This document shows positions 8,373-16,034 of a stretch of 26,665 nt of DNA, one piece after another; the first letter of the stretch is position 1, and each line of letters opens with the position of its first letter. The position numbers were made by a program, and so were the translations under genes. The notes beneath the pieces are model-generated. The model was not told the origin of the DNA. It made no database searches and was given only the letters and a program-made list of their open reading frames with translations. The stretch comes from Candidatus Micrarchaeota archaeon (GTDB lineage Archaea > Micrarchaeota > Micrarchaeia > Norongarragalinales > SBBD01): positions 1 to 26,665 of the forward strand of contig JBDRLB010000053.1 in the NCBI GenBank assembly GCA_043813365.1, written 5' to 3'.

Positions 8373-9413
8373 ATGGTCAAAGACGTCACACCCGACATTT
8401 GGAAGATGGAAGGCGGGAAGCGCAAAACGTGGTGGTGGTGGTTCTGGCTGTTCTTCTTCAACAACCCGGAAAAACCCAAAGAGCCCAGGCAGCTCATGAT
8501 CTTATGGAGCAAGAAGCGCGAGCGCCACATTCTGTGCAACGATGTCATGCTCGACATGAACGAGGATGTGCACCGCAGCGGAAACGAACTGGAATTTTCC
8601 GGCGCCACCGCTGCCTGGTTCTATGACGGGAAGAAGATGCACGAGGATTTCGTGGTGACTCCCTCGAGATTGCAGCTCTCCGGCTCCAAAAGATCGCTTT
8701 CCGCAAAAGAGAGCTCCTTCTCCCAGAAAGGCGACCAATTTACAGTTAAAATAAGCGGCAAGCAGGCTTCCATTGATTTCAAAATGCAGCAGGACCCGGA
8801 TTTCCCGCCCTTCCATAAAGACAGCCATTTCCTCGATCGCATCGGATACAACATCCTGAAGATCAACCGCCTTAATCTGAGCGGGAAAATAAAATCGAAA
8901 GGCAGTATCCAGACAATAGCCGGAACCGCCTACTTCCAGAAAGTATTCGTGAATGGGATAGTGATCCCGTGGCAATGGGGCATGGTTCACTTCCATAACG
9001 GCTCCATCATCACCTACAACATCGGGAGGCTGGGGCATTCCCTTTTTGCGGAGCACCACCAACCGCTGGACATCAAATTGCGCAAGAAGCTCGAATTCTA
9101 CGACGCAAAATCAAACATGAAGTACTTCTTCAGGAACGTCCGCATCCGGCGCACTCCGGGGAAACTGCCGTCCTTCACCTTGGATGCGAAATCCCGTGAG
9201 GCCGAACTGCACATTGAGCTCAACTCCTACTCCCGCGCCCTCTGGAGGCTCCAGAAAAGCCGGCGCCATTCAATTAACACGCTCTACTACCACGAATTCT
9301 GCGTTTCCGCAAAAGAATTCCGCTTAAAAACCTCCGACGGCAGAATGATTACGCTTCATGAGACCGGGCCCGCAGTGGGGAACTGCGAGGACTCGAAAGG
9401 AATGATGATTTGA
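8373..9413 (+). CDS. Hypothetical protein with TWWWWFWLFFF motif; possible tocopherol-cyclase/AttH-like beta-barrel fold
   Basis: 346-aa ORF with alternating beta-strand pattern and GTAYFQKV...PWQWG. Fold assignment is inference. Confidence 0.65.
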   Translation: MVKDVTPDIWKMEGGKRKTWWWWFWLFFFNNPEKPKEPRQLMILWSKKRERHILCNDVMLDMNEDVHRSGNELEFSGATAAWFYDGKKMHEDFVVTPSRLQLSGSKRSLSAKESSFSQKGDQFTVKISGKQASIDFKMQQDPDFPPFHKDSHFLDRIGYNILKINRLNLSGKIKSKGSIQTIAGTAYFQKVFVNGIVIPWQWGMVHFHNGSIITYNIGRLGHSLFAEHHQPLDIKLRKKLEFYDAKSNMKYFFRNVRIRRTPGKLPSFTLDAKSREAELHIELNSYSRALWRLQKSRRHSINTLYYHEFCVSAKEFRLKTSDGRMITLHETGPAVGNCEDSKGMMI

Positions 9414-9430
9414 CCCATAAGGATGATTAA

Positions 9431-10297
9431 ATGGCGGAAAAGGAAAAAATAGCTGCATCGGAGCTCCTTTCCGAACATGTGAGGTCCAGTGATCACGTTC
9501 TCGTGATAGGCCCCAACAACAGCCCCCTCTGTGACCCTTCTGCGATGTTCCTCTCCATGCATATGCATGGAGGCAAAGGCACTTTGACGCTCCTTGACAA
9601 CAAATCGCCGACCTTGCAGGCAAAATTGAGGCAGCAAATAGGGCGGATTACGAGGTCGGGCAGGTCTCCTCCGAGAAATCTCATTGCATTGGGCAAAAAA
9701 TTGGACGATACCATGTTTCGGGAGCAATTCGAATACGAAAATATGGCTGCTTTGGGAGATCCCTACCAATATGCGAAAGAGATAAGGGATTGGAAGACCG
9801 GAGGCTTCCAATTGAAGACCCCCCGAGTCCTGATTTCGGATGCGAGGAGGATAAAAAAACCGGACAATTCTATGGACGTAGTATTTGAGCACGGTTCGAT
9901 GCCATGGATCCGCGATGTTGAAGGTCCTTTGCGGGAATATTTAAGGGTCGTAAGACCCGGTGGTAGGGTAATAATATTCACAAACGACAAAACGGGGAAG
10001 GCCGATCATGAGCATTTGCGGAGTCTGTTCTCCCCATTCCTGGGCAAAACGGGAAGCCGGCCCCGGGGCGGCATTTGTGATCAAATAGCGAAGGTAACCG
10101 AGCATGCTTTTTATCCCGCATATAGTGCTTTGGGAACTTTTCAAAGATCACACAAAGCCGGAACCGTCAATTTCGAAAAACTTAGCCCCCTTGCGCTAAA
10201 GATGTTCGTCGATATAGGTCAGAATGAATTTTGGATGGTTTCACTTGGAGGCATATTTAATTGCAGCAGAGGCTTTATAATCGAAAAAAAGAAATAA
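9431..10297 (+). CDS. Class I SAM-dependent methyltransferase-like protein (divergent)
   Basis: VLVIGP (degenerate motif I), LTLLD, ISDARRIKKPDNSMDVVF and LREYLRVVRPGGRVIIF (motif II/III-like). Confidence 0.65.
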   Translation: MAEKEKIAASELLSEHVRSSDHVLVIGPNNSPLCDPSAMFLSMHMHGGKGTLTLLDNKSPTLQAKLRQQIGRITRSGRSPPRNLIALGKKLDDTMFREQFEYENMAALGDPYQYAKEIRDWKTGGFQLKTPRVLISDARRIKKPDNSMDVVFEHGSMPWIRDVEGPLREYLRVVRPGGRVIIFTNDKTGKADHEHLRSLFSPFLGKTGSRPRGGICDQIAKVTEHAFYPAYSALGTFQRSHKAGTVNFEKLSPLALKMFVDIGQNEFWMVSLGGIFNCSRGFIIEKKK

Positions 10298-10322
10298 AAT
10301 TATAAAATATCGAGTGATCATA

Positions 10323-11225
10323 ATGAAAATAACCGATTTTAAAATCAAGAAAGGAATGGGCTCGGCAGATCTGTTCTCCCAAATGGAAAACGCGGGCTTC
10401 CAAGCAAGCGAGCTGCACAAGGCATCCGTTGTAATGAAGGATATGCTCTCCGACAGGCAATGCACGCGCTTTTTGGCATTCACGGCCAACATGGCCGCTT
10501 CCGGATTGCGCGGAATTTTCGCAGATATGCTCAAAAGGAAAATGTTCGACGCCGTAATAACTACGGGAGGCTCAATCGACCACGACCTCATCAAATCCTT
10601 CTCCTTCTATGAAAAGGGCGATTTCAATCTGGATGACGTGCAGCTCCATAAGAGAAGCATCAACCGGCTGGGGAACATTTTGGTAGACAATGAAAATTAT
10701 GTGGCGCTTGAGAAAAGGATGCAGCCCCTGCTCAAGCGGCTTTACGCAAAAAAGAAAATTTATTCCGCAAGGGAGCTCATTTCTGAAATTTCCTCAACCA
10801 TCAAGGATGAAAGCTCCTTCCTCTACCAATGCAGGAAGAACAACATCCCCGTCTTCTCCCCAGGCTTGATAGATTCCGCCATCGGATTGCAGCTCTTCTT
10901 CTTCAAACAGGATAACAGGGATTTCATCCTGGATGAGACCGGCGACATGAAGGAGCTCGCGAACCTCATTCTTACAGCAAAAAAGACCGGTGCGCTCATC
11001 CTGGGCGGCGGCATCTCAAAGCATTACACAATCGCTTCCAACTTGCTGCGCGGCGGGCTCGACTATTCCGTTTACATCACAACAGCAAGCGCTTATGACG
11101 GCTCCCTTTCCGGCGCATTCCCCAACGAGGCGAAAAGCTGGGGCAAGATAAAGGAGAGGGGCAGCACTGCCGTAGTGTACGGCGATGCGACAATCCTGCT
11201 TCCCTTGCTGTATTCGCAAATCTAA
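10323..11225 (+). CDS. dys: Deoxyhypusine synthase
   Basis: GFQASEL, TANMAASGLR, ITTGGSIDHD, INRLGNI, LGGGISKH, DGSLSGA, EAKSWGK (catalytic Lys), GDATILLP. GTG 10314 is the alternative start. Confidence 0.96.
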   Translation: MKITDFKIKKGMGSADLFSQMENAGFQASELHKASVVMKDMLSDRQCTRFLAFTANMAASGLRGIFADMLKRKMFDAVITTGGSIDHDLIKSFSFYEKGDFNLDDVQLHKRSINRLGNILVDNENYVALEKRMQPLLKRLYAKKKIYSARELISEISSTIKDESSFLYQCRKNNIPVFSPGLIDSAIGLQLFFFKQDNRDFILDETGDMKELANLILTAKKTGALILGGGISKHYTIASNLLRGGLDYSVYITTASAYDGSLSGAFPNEAKSWGKIKERGSTAVVYGDATILLPLLYSQI

Positions 11226-11379
11226 TTAGGAGGGTAGAGGCAACACGAGTAGGGAACCTAGGTTCCCTATAGGTGTTGATGGCCAAAAGCTGGGGCAAGA
11301 TAAAGGAGAGGGGCAGCACTGCCGTAGTGTACGGCGATGCGACAATCCTGCTTCCCTTGCTGTATTCGCAAATCTAATT
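11133..11379 (+). repeat. Exact 95-bp direct repeat of the dys 3' end (11133-11227 and 11285-11379; period 152 bp)
   Basis: AAAAGCTGGGGCAAG...GCAAATCTAATT read identically at both positions. Confidence 0.95.
11241..11278. repeat. Hairpin element copy 1: perfect 20-bp palindrome TAGGGAACCTAGGTTCCCTA (11250-11269) inside outer stem CAACAC/GTGTTG
   Basis: Direct reverse-complement check. Confidence 0.85.
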
Positions 11380-11394
11380 GCGGAAGGGTAAGGC

Positions 11395-11431
11395 AACCCA
11401 ATAGGGAAACCGCAGGTTGCCCTTTGGGGTT
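11395..11431. repeat. Hairpin element copy 2 (diverged): AACCC..AGGGAAACC-GCA-GGTTGCCCT..GGGTT; possible terminator between convergent genes
   Basis: Same position relative to the 95-bp repeat as copy 1; inner stem 8/9 paired, outer stem AACCC/GGGTT. Confidence 0.75.
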
Positions 11432-11433
11432 AA

Positions 11434-11835
11434 TTAGTTGTTCTTCCTCCTTTTGGCAGCAGCTTTCGGCTTCTCAGCAGCCGGTGCAGACTGCTTCCCC
11501 GGGTTCTCGAAAACGTTCCTCAGCATGCTTATCGCCTTCTTCTGCACTTCAAATTCCACGAACACCCTCCGGAATTTCAGCATGGAGAAGATAATCACGA
11601 TGTATGCAATCAGTGACACCAGCCCCTCCAGGTCTCCCTTCGGGAAAGGCATGTTTATGTACCCGTAATCCTCGCATATCCCAACAAGCGATTTCAGCAC
11701 CAGCAAAAGGAACCCGTTCAGCAGCAATTTCAGCGCATCCTGCAGCTTCGTGTCACTCATGAGGTTGTAGAACCTCAGCGTATAGTAGAAAAGCAGCGTG
11801 CTTGCAAACAGACTCGCGAGACTCAGCAAAACCAT
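11434..11835 (-). CDS. Hypothetical three-TM membrane protein, probable paralogue of the upstream gene
   Basis: Hydrophobic helices; RBS GGTGA overlaps the upstream stop codon; DTKLQDALKLLLNGFLL aligns with DTKVVNELKIVTLGFAL. Confidence 0.75.
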   Translation of the reverse strand: MVLLSLASLFASTLLFYYTLRFYNLMSDTKLQDALKLLLNGFLLLVLKSLVGICEDYGYINMPFPKGDLEGLVSLIAYIVIIFSMLKFRRVFVEFEVQKKAISMLRNVFENPGKQSAPAAEKPKAAAKRRKNN

Positions 11836-11839
11836 TTTT

Positions 11840-12181
11840 TCACCCTAGCACTTCCTTCATCACTTTCACAACTCTCTTCTCCAGCTGCAGCAGATTGAAC
11901 AGGCTGTTCAGCCTAACAATCGCATAAACGAACACCACGTACATGCTCGCTTCCATGAACTCATCCAGCTCCAGCTTCCAAATAACTGGCATCGCGTACC
12001 CATATGCCTGCAATGCCCCCAGAAACGCCTGCAAAGTATAAAGCGCAAACCCCAGGGTGACGATTTTTAGCTCGTTCACCACTTTCGTATCCTTGAAAAC
12101 CCTAAACAGCGTGGAAAGCGCTAGCAGTATAAGCACCCCCAGCATCACGCGGATTATTTCCAGCCAGACGGTATAGCCCAT
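11840..12181 (-). CDS. Hypothetical three-TM membrane protein
   Basis: 113-aa ORF with three hydrophobic helices, 4 nt from the downstream gene. Confidence 0.75.
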   Translation of the reverse strand: MGYTVWLEIIRVMLGVLILLALSTLFRVFKDTKVVNELKIVTLGFALYTLQAFLGALQAYGYAMPVIWKLELDEFMEASMYVVFVYAIVRLNSLFNLLQLEKRVVKVMKEVLG

Positions 12182-12242
12182 TCCTATCGCTTATGCTTAA
12201 CCCGCGGCTGGTATTTATACATATCTCCGGGCGGCTTTGCCA

Positions 12243-12842
12243 CTAGCCCAAACTCGAACTGAAGTATTCGCCTTCGCATCCGGCGCCTGCCCAATCTCCC
12301 TCGTTAACATCGGTTGACAGTGAGAACATTCCCACCCTCCACCTTTCCAGAAGGGCTGTCAGTTCGGCTTTTTCAAATTTGCACGTGCCATCGCGGCCTG
12401 CCATTTTGTCGTAAAATGCCTTCTGCTCATCAACAGTCTCCTTCGGTACCTCCGGCGGGAATTCTATGGTGATTTTTCCTATTTTAATGTAAAAAATGCA
12501 TTTTCCAGCCGCCATTCCTTTAAGCTCGTAATCAAGCTCATTCCTTTGTTTAATTGTCCCAAACGTCGTCGTATATGCATGCTTCATCTTGGCCAATTCG
12601 CAATTTTCAGACGCTTTAATGAAACAATCAAAATCCGACTTGCAATCCTTCAGGCTGCTTTGTTCCGTTGCTTGAGGCGCCTCGGTTGCCGTTGGAGTAG
12701 ATGTTGATAGTTCGGTTGGAGTTGCAGTTGCCATTTCAGTCGGCAGCTCAGTAGGGGCTGCTGTTGGATTTTCGGTGCCATTTCCAGTGCAACCGAACAG
12801 GGCGATGCCAAAAACAAGTATTAGCAATAAAGCAATTTTCAT
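12243..12842 (-). CDS. Predicted lipoprotein with Thr/Pro/Glu-rich linker and Cys-rich C-terminal domain
   Basis: MKIALLLILVFGIALFG-C lipobox; PTELPTEMATATPTE linker; DCKSDFDCFIKASENC; GGTGAT RBS upstream. Confidence 0.8.
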   Translation of the reverse strand: MKIALLLILVFGIALFGCTGNGTENPTAAPTELPTEMATATPTELSTSTPTATEAPQATEQSSLKDCKSDFDCFIKASENCELAKMKHAYTTTFGTIKQRNELDYELKGMAAGKCIFYIKIGKITIEFPPEVPKETVDEQKAFYDKMAGRDGTCKFEKAELTALLERWRVGMFSLSTDVNEGDWAGAGCEGEYFSSSLG

Positions 12843-12904
12843 TTTATCACCAAAATGGTAATATCGGTTTGCTTATTAAAACGTGGCGTCTTCGGAGCGC
12901 GTAT

Positions 12905-15202
12905 TCAATTCCCTCCCATCTCCTCAACCGAACTCTTCTCCCCGGAGTCCTTGTCCCTCTCGAAATAGAATATTTTGGAGCTCGCCCCTTCCTTCAACGC
13001 CTCATCATGCGTAATTATGAACGTCTGCTCAACAATTTTGGGTATCTCATCATGCAAAGCGCGGTTCAGCAGCTGCACCGCCTGGCCATCCAGATTATGC
13101 GTCGGCTCATCTAAAATGAGCCAGCTCAGATTAGGGGTAAGCACCATTGCAAATGCCACTCTCAATGTCAAGGCAGCGCAGCTCTTCTCCCCTCCTGAAC
13201 CGCTTTCAATTGGCATCCACTCATTTGCTGTAGTTTTCAGCTCCAACAGATAATCATCCTCCGTAGGGCTTAACCGAACCTGCGAATAGTCATTGTAAGG
13301 ATAAATGGACGGCCATAGGCTATTCATAGCTGAATTCATCGCATCAACCAACTGCTGCCTCATTTCCGCCTGCGTTTCCACAACCGCCTCCTGGAAGCCA
13401 GTAAGTTTGGATATTTTCCCCTTGATTTTATTGATTTCCGCTTCCTTCTTTTCCAACTCCTCCAGCCTTCCAATAATTTCATTCACATTCGCATTCTTAG
13501 TTGCAATCAACGAGCCAACTGAATCAATTTCAGCCCCCAAAGCGGATGATTTCTTTTCCGCATCCACAATCCCCTCCCTTAATTTCTTCAATTCCGTAGG
13601 TTCGAATTTCAGCGCCTGCATCTCCTTCTTCAGGCCACCCCTTTTCCCCTCCAGCAATGCAATCTCATGCTTCAATTTCGGTATTCTCTCCATTTTCAGC
13701 AGCTCCTGCCTGCTTTTTTGCACTTTCCTCCCCAACTCCTCCAGCCCATCCGAGAACGCCTTCACCTTCTCCTTCAAAGCCGGTTCCTCCTTCATTAGCG
13801 CCTCCAATTTTCCCTTCGTCTCCTTCAACTCTTCCGCTACTCCTTCAAATTGCTCCAATTTTATTGCGGCTTCCTTTGCCTCCAGCATTTTCCTCCTTTC
13901 AATCTCAACCCCCATCCTCGCTTCGGAAAGCGCCTTCCTTGCGTTTTCCTTCTCGTGATGCAGCTCCCCTTTCCTCTGCTCCCTCTTCCCAATCAGCTCC
14001 CTCTTTCTCTCCTCCGTAATTTCCGAATCGCATACCGGGCATTTCGCATCCGCCCCGTGCAACGCATGGACGCTCTTCTCCAATTCCGACAGTTCCGCCT
14101 CGGATTTTGCGTATTTTTCAGAATATCCCTGTATTTCAGCCTCCCTTTTCTTCACAGCAGATTCAATTTCCGCAACATTCCCGAGCGCTTCCTTTTTCCT
14201 TGCCAACGCATCCCTCTCCCTCTCCCTGCTTTCCAATTTATGCACTTCCGCTTTCAGCATCCCTAATTTGGCGCTTGCCTCAGAGAGCGCATTTCCTGCA
14301 ATTTTCAGCTCCCCATTCCCCTCCTTTTCCTTCCTCTCCAGCTCAGCTGTTTCCCTCCTTAATTTTTCCAGCTGCTCCTCCGAATACCCCTCCTCCAGCT
14401 GCGAATTCTTATCCTTTATCAGCGCCTCCGTTTCCCCCAATTGCCTCTGCAGCTGCAAATGCTTTCCCTCTTCCGCCTCCTTCTCCACCATCCTTTTCCT
14501 GATTTCCCTCACTTTCGCAAGCATTTCCGAATTCTCATGCTGCTTATGTCGCATCATCTCGGTTTTTTCTGCTATTTCCTTCTGCAGCCTCTCCCTTTCC
14601 TCCTTCAGCTTAGGGGCCCCTGCTCCTTCTAAAAATTTTTCATCCTCCTGCTTCAGATTCCCCAGCTTTCCAACAGCTGTTCCCGCATTTGCCCTTACCT
14701 GCTCGAACCTCGCAATCCCCAATAGCTCGTCAATCTGCCTCTTCCTTTCCCCTTTCTGCAGCGTCAACAAATAGTCAATCCTGTTCTGCTCCGCATAAAT
14801 TATTCTCGAGAACAGATCATAATCAATTTTCAATATCCCCTCAACCATCTCCGAAACTCTCGAAGTCTGCGCCTCTATCAATTTCCCCTCCTCGAAAAGC
14901 TGCGCCGAAGTGGTTTTTCCCCCTGCCTGCCTCACAATCCGGTAATTTTTCCCCCCAAAATCAAACTCCAGCTCAATTTCCGCGCTCGAGTGCTTGTTTG
15001 GTCTCTGCATTACCAGCTCCTCAATCTTAACACGCCTGCTCTTCAACGCCGGGAACGTCCCAAATAGCGCAAAACTAATCGCATCAATAGCCGAGCTCTT
15101 CCCGCTGCCCATCTTCCCGATGAACAGATTGGAGCCCTTCCCGAACTTCAGTTCGGTATCCTCATGCGACTTCCACCTCTTCATCCTAAGCCTGCTGATC
15201 AT
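12905..15202 (-). CDS. rad50: DNA double-strand break repair ATPase Rad50 (SMC-like)
   Basis: Walker A GKMGSGKSS, Q-loop YAEQ, central zinc hook CPVC between coiled coils, signature SGGEK, Walker B LILDEPT, H-loop ITHD. Confidence 0.9.
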   Translation of the reverse strand: MISRLRMKRWKSHEDTELKFGKGSNLFIGKMGSGKSSAIDAISFALFGTFPALKSRRVKIEELVMQRPNKHSSAEIELEFDFGGKNYRIVRQAGGKTTSAQLFEEGKLIEAQTSRVSEMVEGILKIDYDLFSRIIYAEQNRIDYLLTLQKGERKRQIDELLGIARFEQVRANAGTAVGKLGNLKQEDEKFLEGAGAPKLKEERERLQKEIAEKTEMMRHKQHENSEMLAKVREIRKRMVEKEAEEGKHLQLQRQLGETEALIKDKNSQLEEGYSEEQLEKLRRETAELERKEKEGNGELKIAGNALSEASAKLGMLKAEVHKLESRERERDALARKKEALGNVAEIESAVKKREAEIQGYSEKYAKSEAELSELEKSVHALHGADAKCPVCDSEITEERKRELIGKREQRKGELHHEKENARKALSEARMGVEIERRKMLEAKEAAIKLEQFEGVAEELKETKGKLEALMKEEPALKEKVKAFSDGLEELGRKVQKSRQELLKMERIPKLKHEIALLEGKRGGLKKEMQALKFEPTELKKLREGIVDAEKKSSALGAEIDSVGSLIATKNANVNEIIGRLEELEKKEAEINKIKGKISKLTGFQEAVVETQAEMRQQLVDAMNSAMNSLWPSIYPYNDYSQVRLSPTEDDYLLELKTTANEWMPIESGSGGEKSCAALTLRVAFAMVLTPNLSWLILDEPTHNLDGQAVQLLNRALHDEIPKIVEQTFIITHDEALKEGASSKIFYFERDKDSGEKSSVEEMGGN

Positions 15203-15345
15203 TTACCCACGATACACTAACTGCGGAAAAATTAATTAAATGGGGAATACCGCCCAACCAGCCAGCGGCGTCTTCCTCCCCACCCGAAATGCCCCCTCAA
15301 AAGGCTTAAATAACTCCGGAAGGCAGATACTTTGTGCGAAAGGAT

Positions 15346-15579
15346 ATGGCATCCCGTTTCAACAAGGATGCGGCAAACCAATGGCTTTCCCGCAATCCTA
15401 AAATCATCAAGGCAAATGAAGGCAAGTGGCTTGCTATTGGAAGCCCGAATGGAACGCCCAAAATCTTATCAATAAGCAGCAGGCTGAACACCCTGATAGA
15501 CCAAATAGGCAAGGATAATCTCGAGAGCGTCCTTTTGACAAAGATCCCTAAAAACCTTTCCGCCGTCTGCATATACTAA
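15346..15579 (+). CDS. Small protein resembling the DUF5678 family
   Basis: QWLSRNPKIIKANEGKWLAIG...ILSISSRLNTLID pattern; BRE/TATA-like CAAAAGGCTTAAATA at ~15298-15312. Family assignment by recognition only; GTG 15334 is the alternative start. Confidence 0.6.
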   Translation: MASRFNKDAANQWLSRNPKIIKANEGKWLAIGSPNGTPKILSISSRLNTLIDQIGKDNLESVLLTKIPKNLSAVCIY

Positions 15580-15593
15580 TGTAGGGCGTTTGC

Positions 15594-16007
15594 ATGGCCA
15601 AGAAATTTTTCAATTATAGGCTAGAGGGGATAGCAAAACGGCCCGTTATTGCGATTAAACTCCTTAATATGAGGGACGAAGCCAGCAACTGGGACGGGCT
15701 TTTGGATTCCGGCGCAGACAACATAGTAATCCCTAGCAACATAGCCAAAGCTGCCGGCATAGCAATCTCGGGTGAGGAACAGCAAAGCACCGGTGCCTGC
15801 GGAAAAAACTGCCTTTCCTATTATGCGGCAACAGCATTCATTGAAATACTTGATAAAAAAATCCCGTGCATTGTCCATATTTTGCATGAAAAGCACGGCG
15901 GCAATGATGAAAAGGAGGACCGGATACTGCTGGGAAGGCAAGGGATTTTTGATTCGCATAGAATAACCTTTAACAAGGAAGGGGTGGAAATTGAAAGTAC
16001 AGATTAA
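15594..16007 (+). CDS. Retropepsin-like (clan AA) single-domain aspartic protease
   Basis: RPVIAIKL...GLLDSGADNIVIP (catalytic DSG), flap-like STGACG, C-terminal ILLGR motif. Confidence 0.88.
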   Translation: MAKKFFNYRLEGIAKRPVIAIKLLNMRDEASNWDGLLDSGADNIVIPSNIAKAAGIAISGEEQQSTGACGKNCLSYYAATAFIEILDKKIPCIVHILHEKHGGNDEKEDRILLGRQGIFDSHRITFNKEGVEIESTD

Positions 16008-16034
16008 TTCTTCAAATTCCCCTACTTTTTAGTA

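Noticed and set aside
11133..11432. CRISPR array
   Set aside because: Only two copies, the repeat is 95 bp of coding sequence, the intervening segments are homologous to each other, and there are no cas genes.
7592..12920. Similar C-termini of GT2 (LMGN*) and Rad50 (MGGN*)
   Set aside because: Only ~10 shared nt; not distinguishable from chance.
12975..15239. Long plus-strand ORFs opposite rad50 (and similar shadows opposite other genes)
   Set aside because: Ser/Phe/Pro-rich antisense frames caused by the skewed composition; no motifs.
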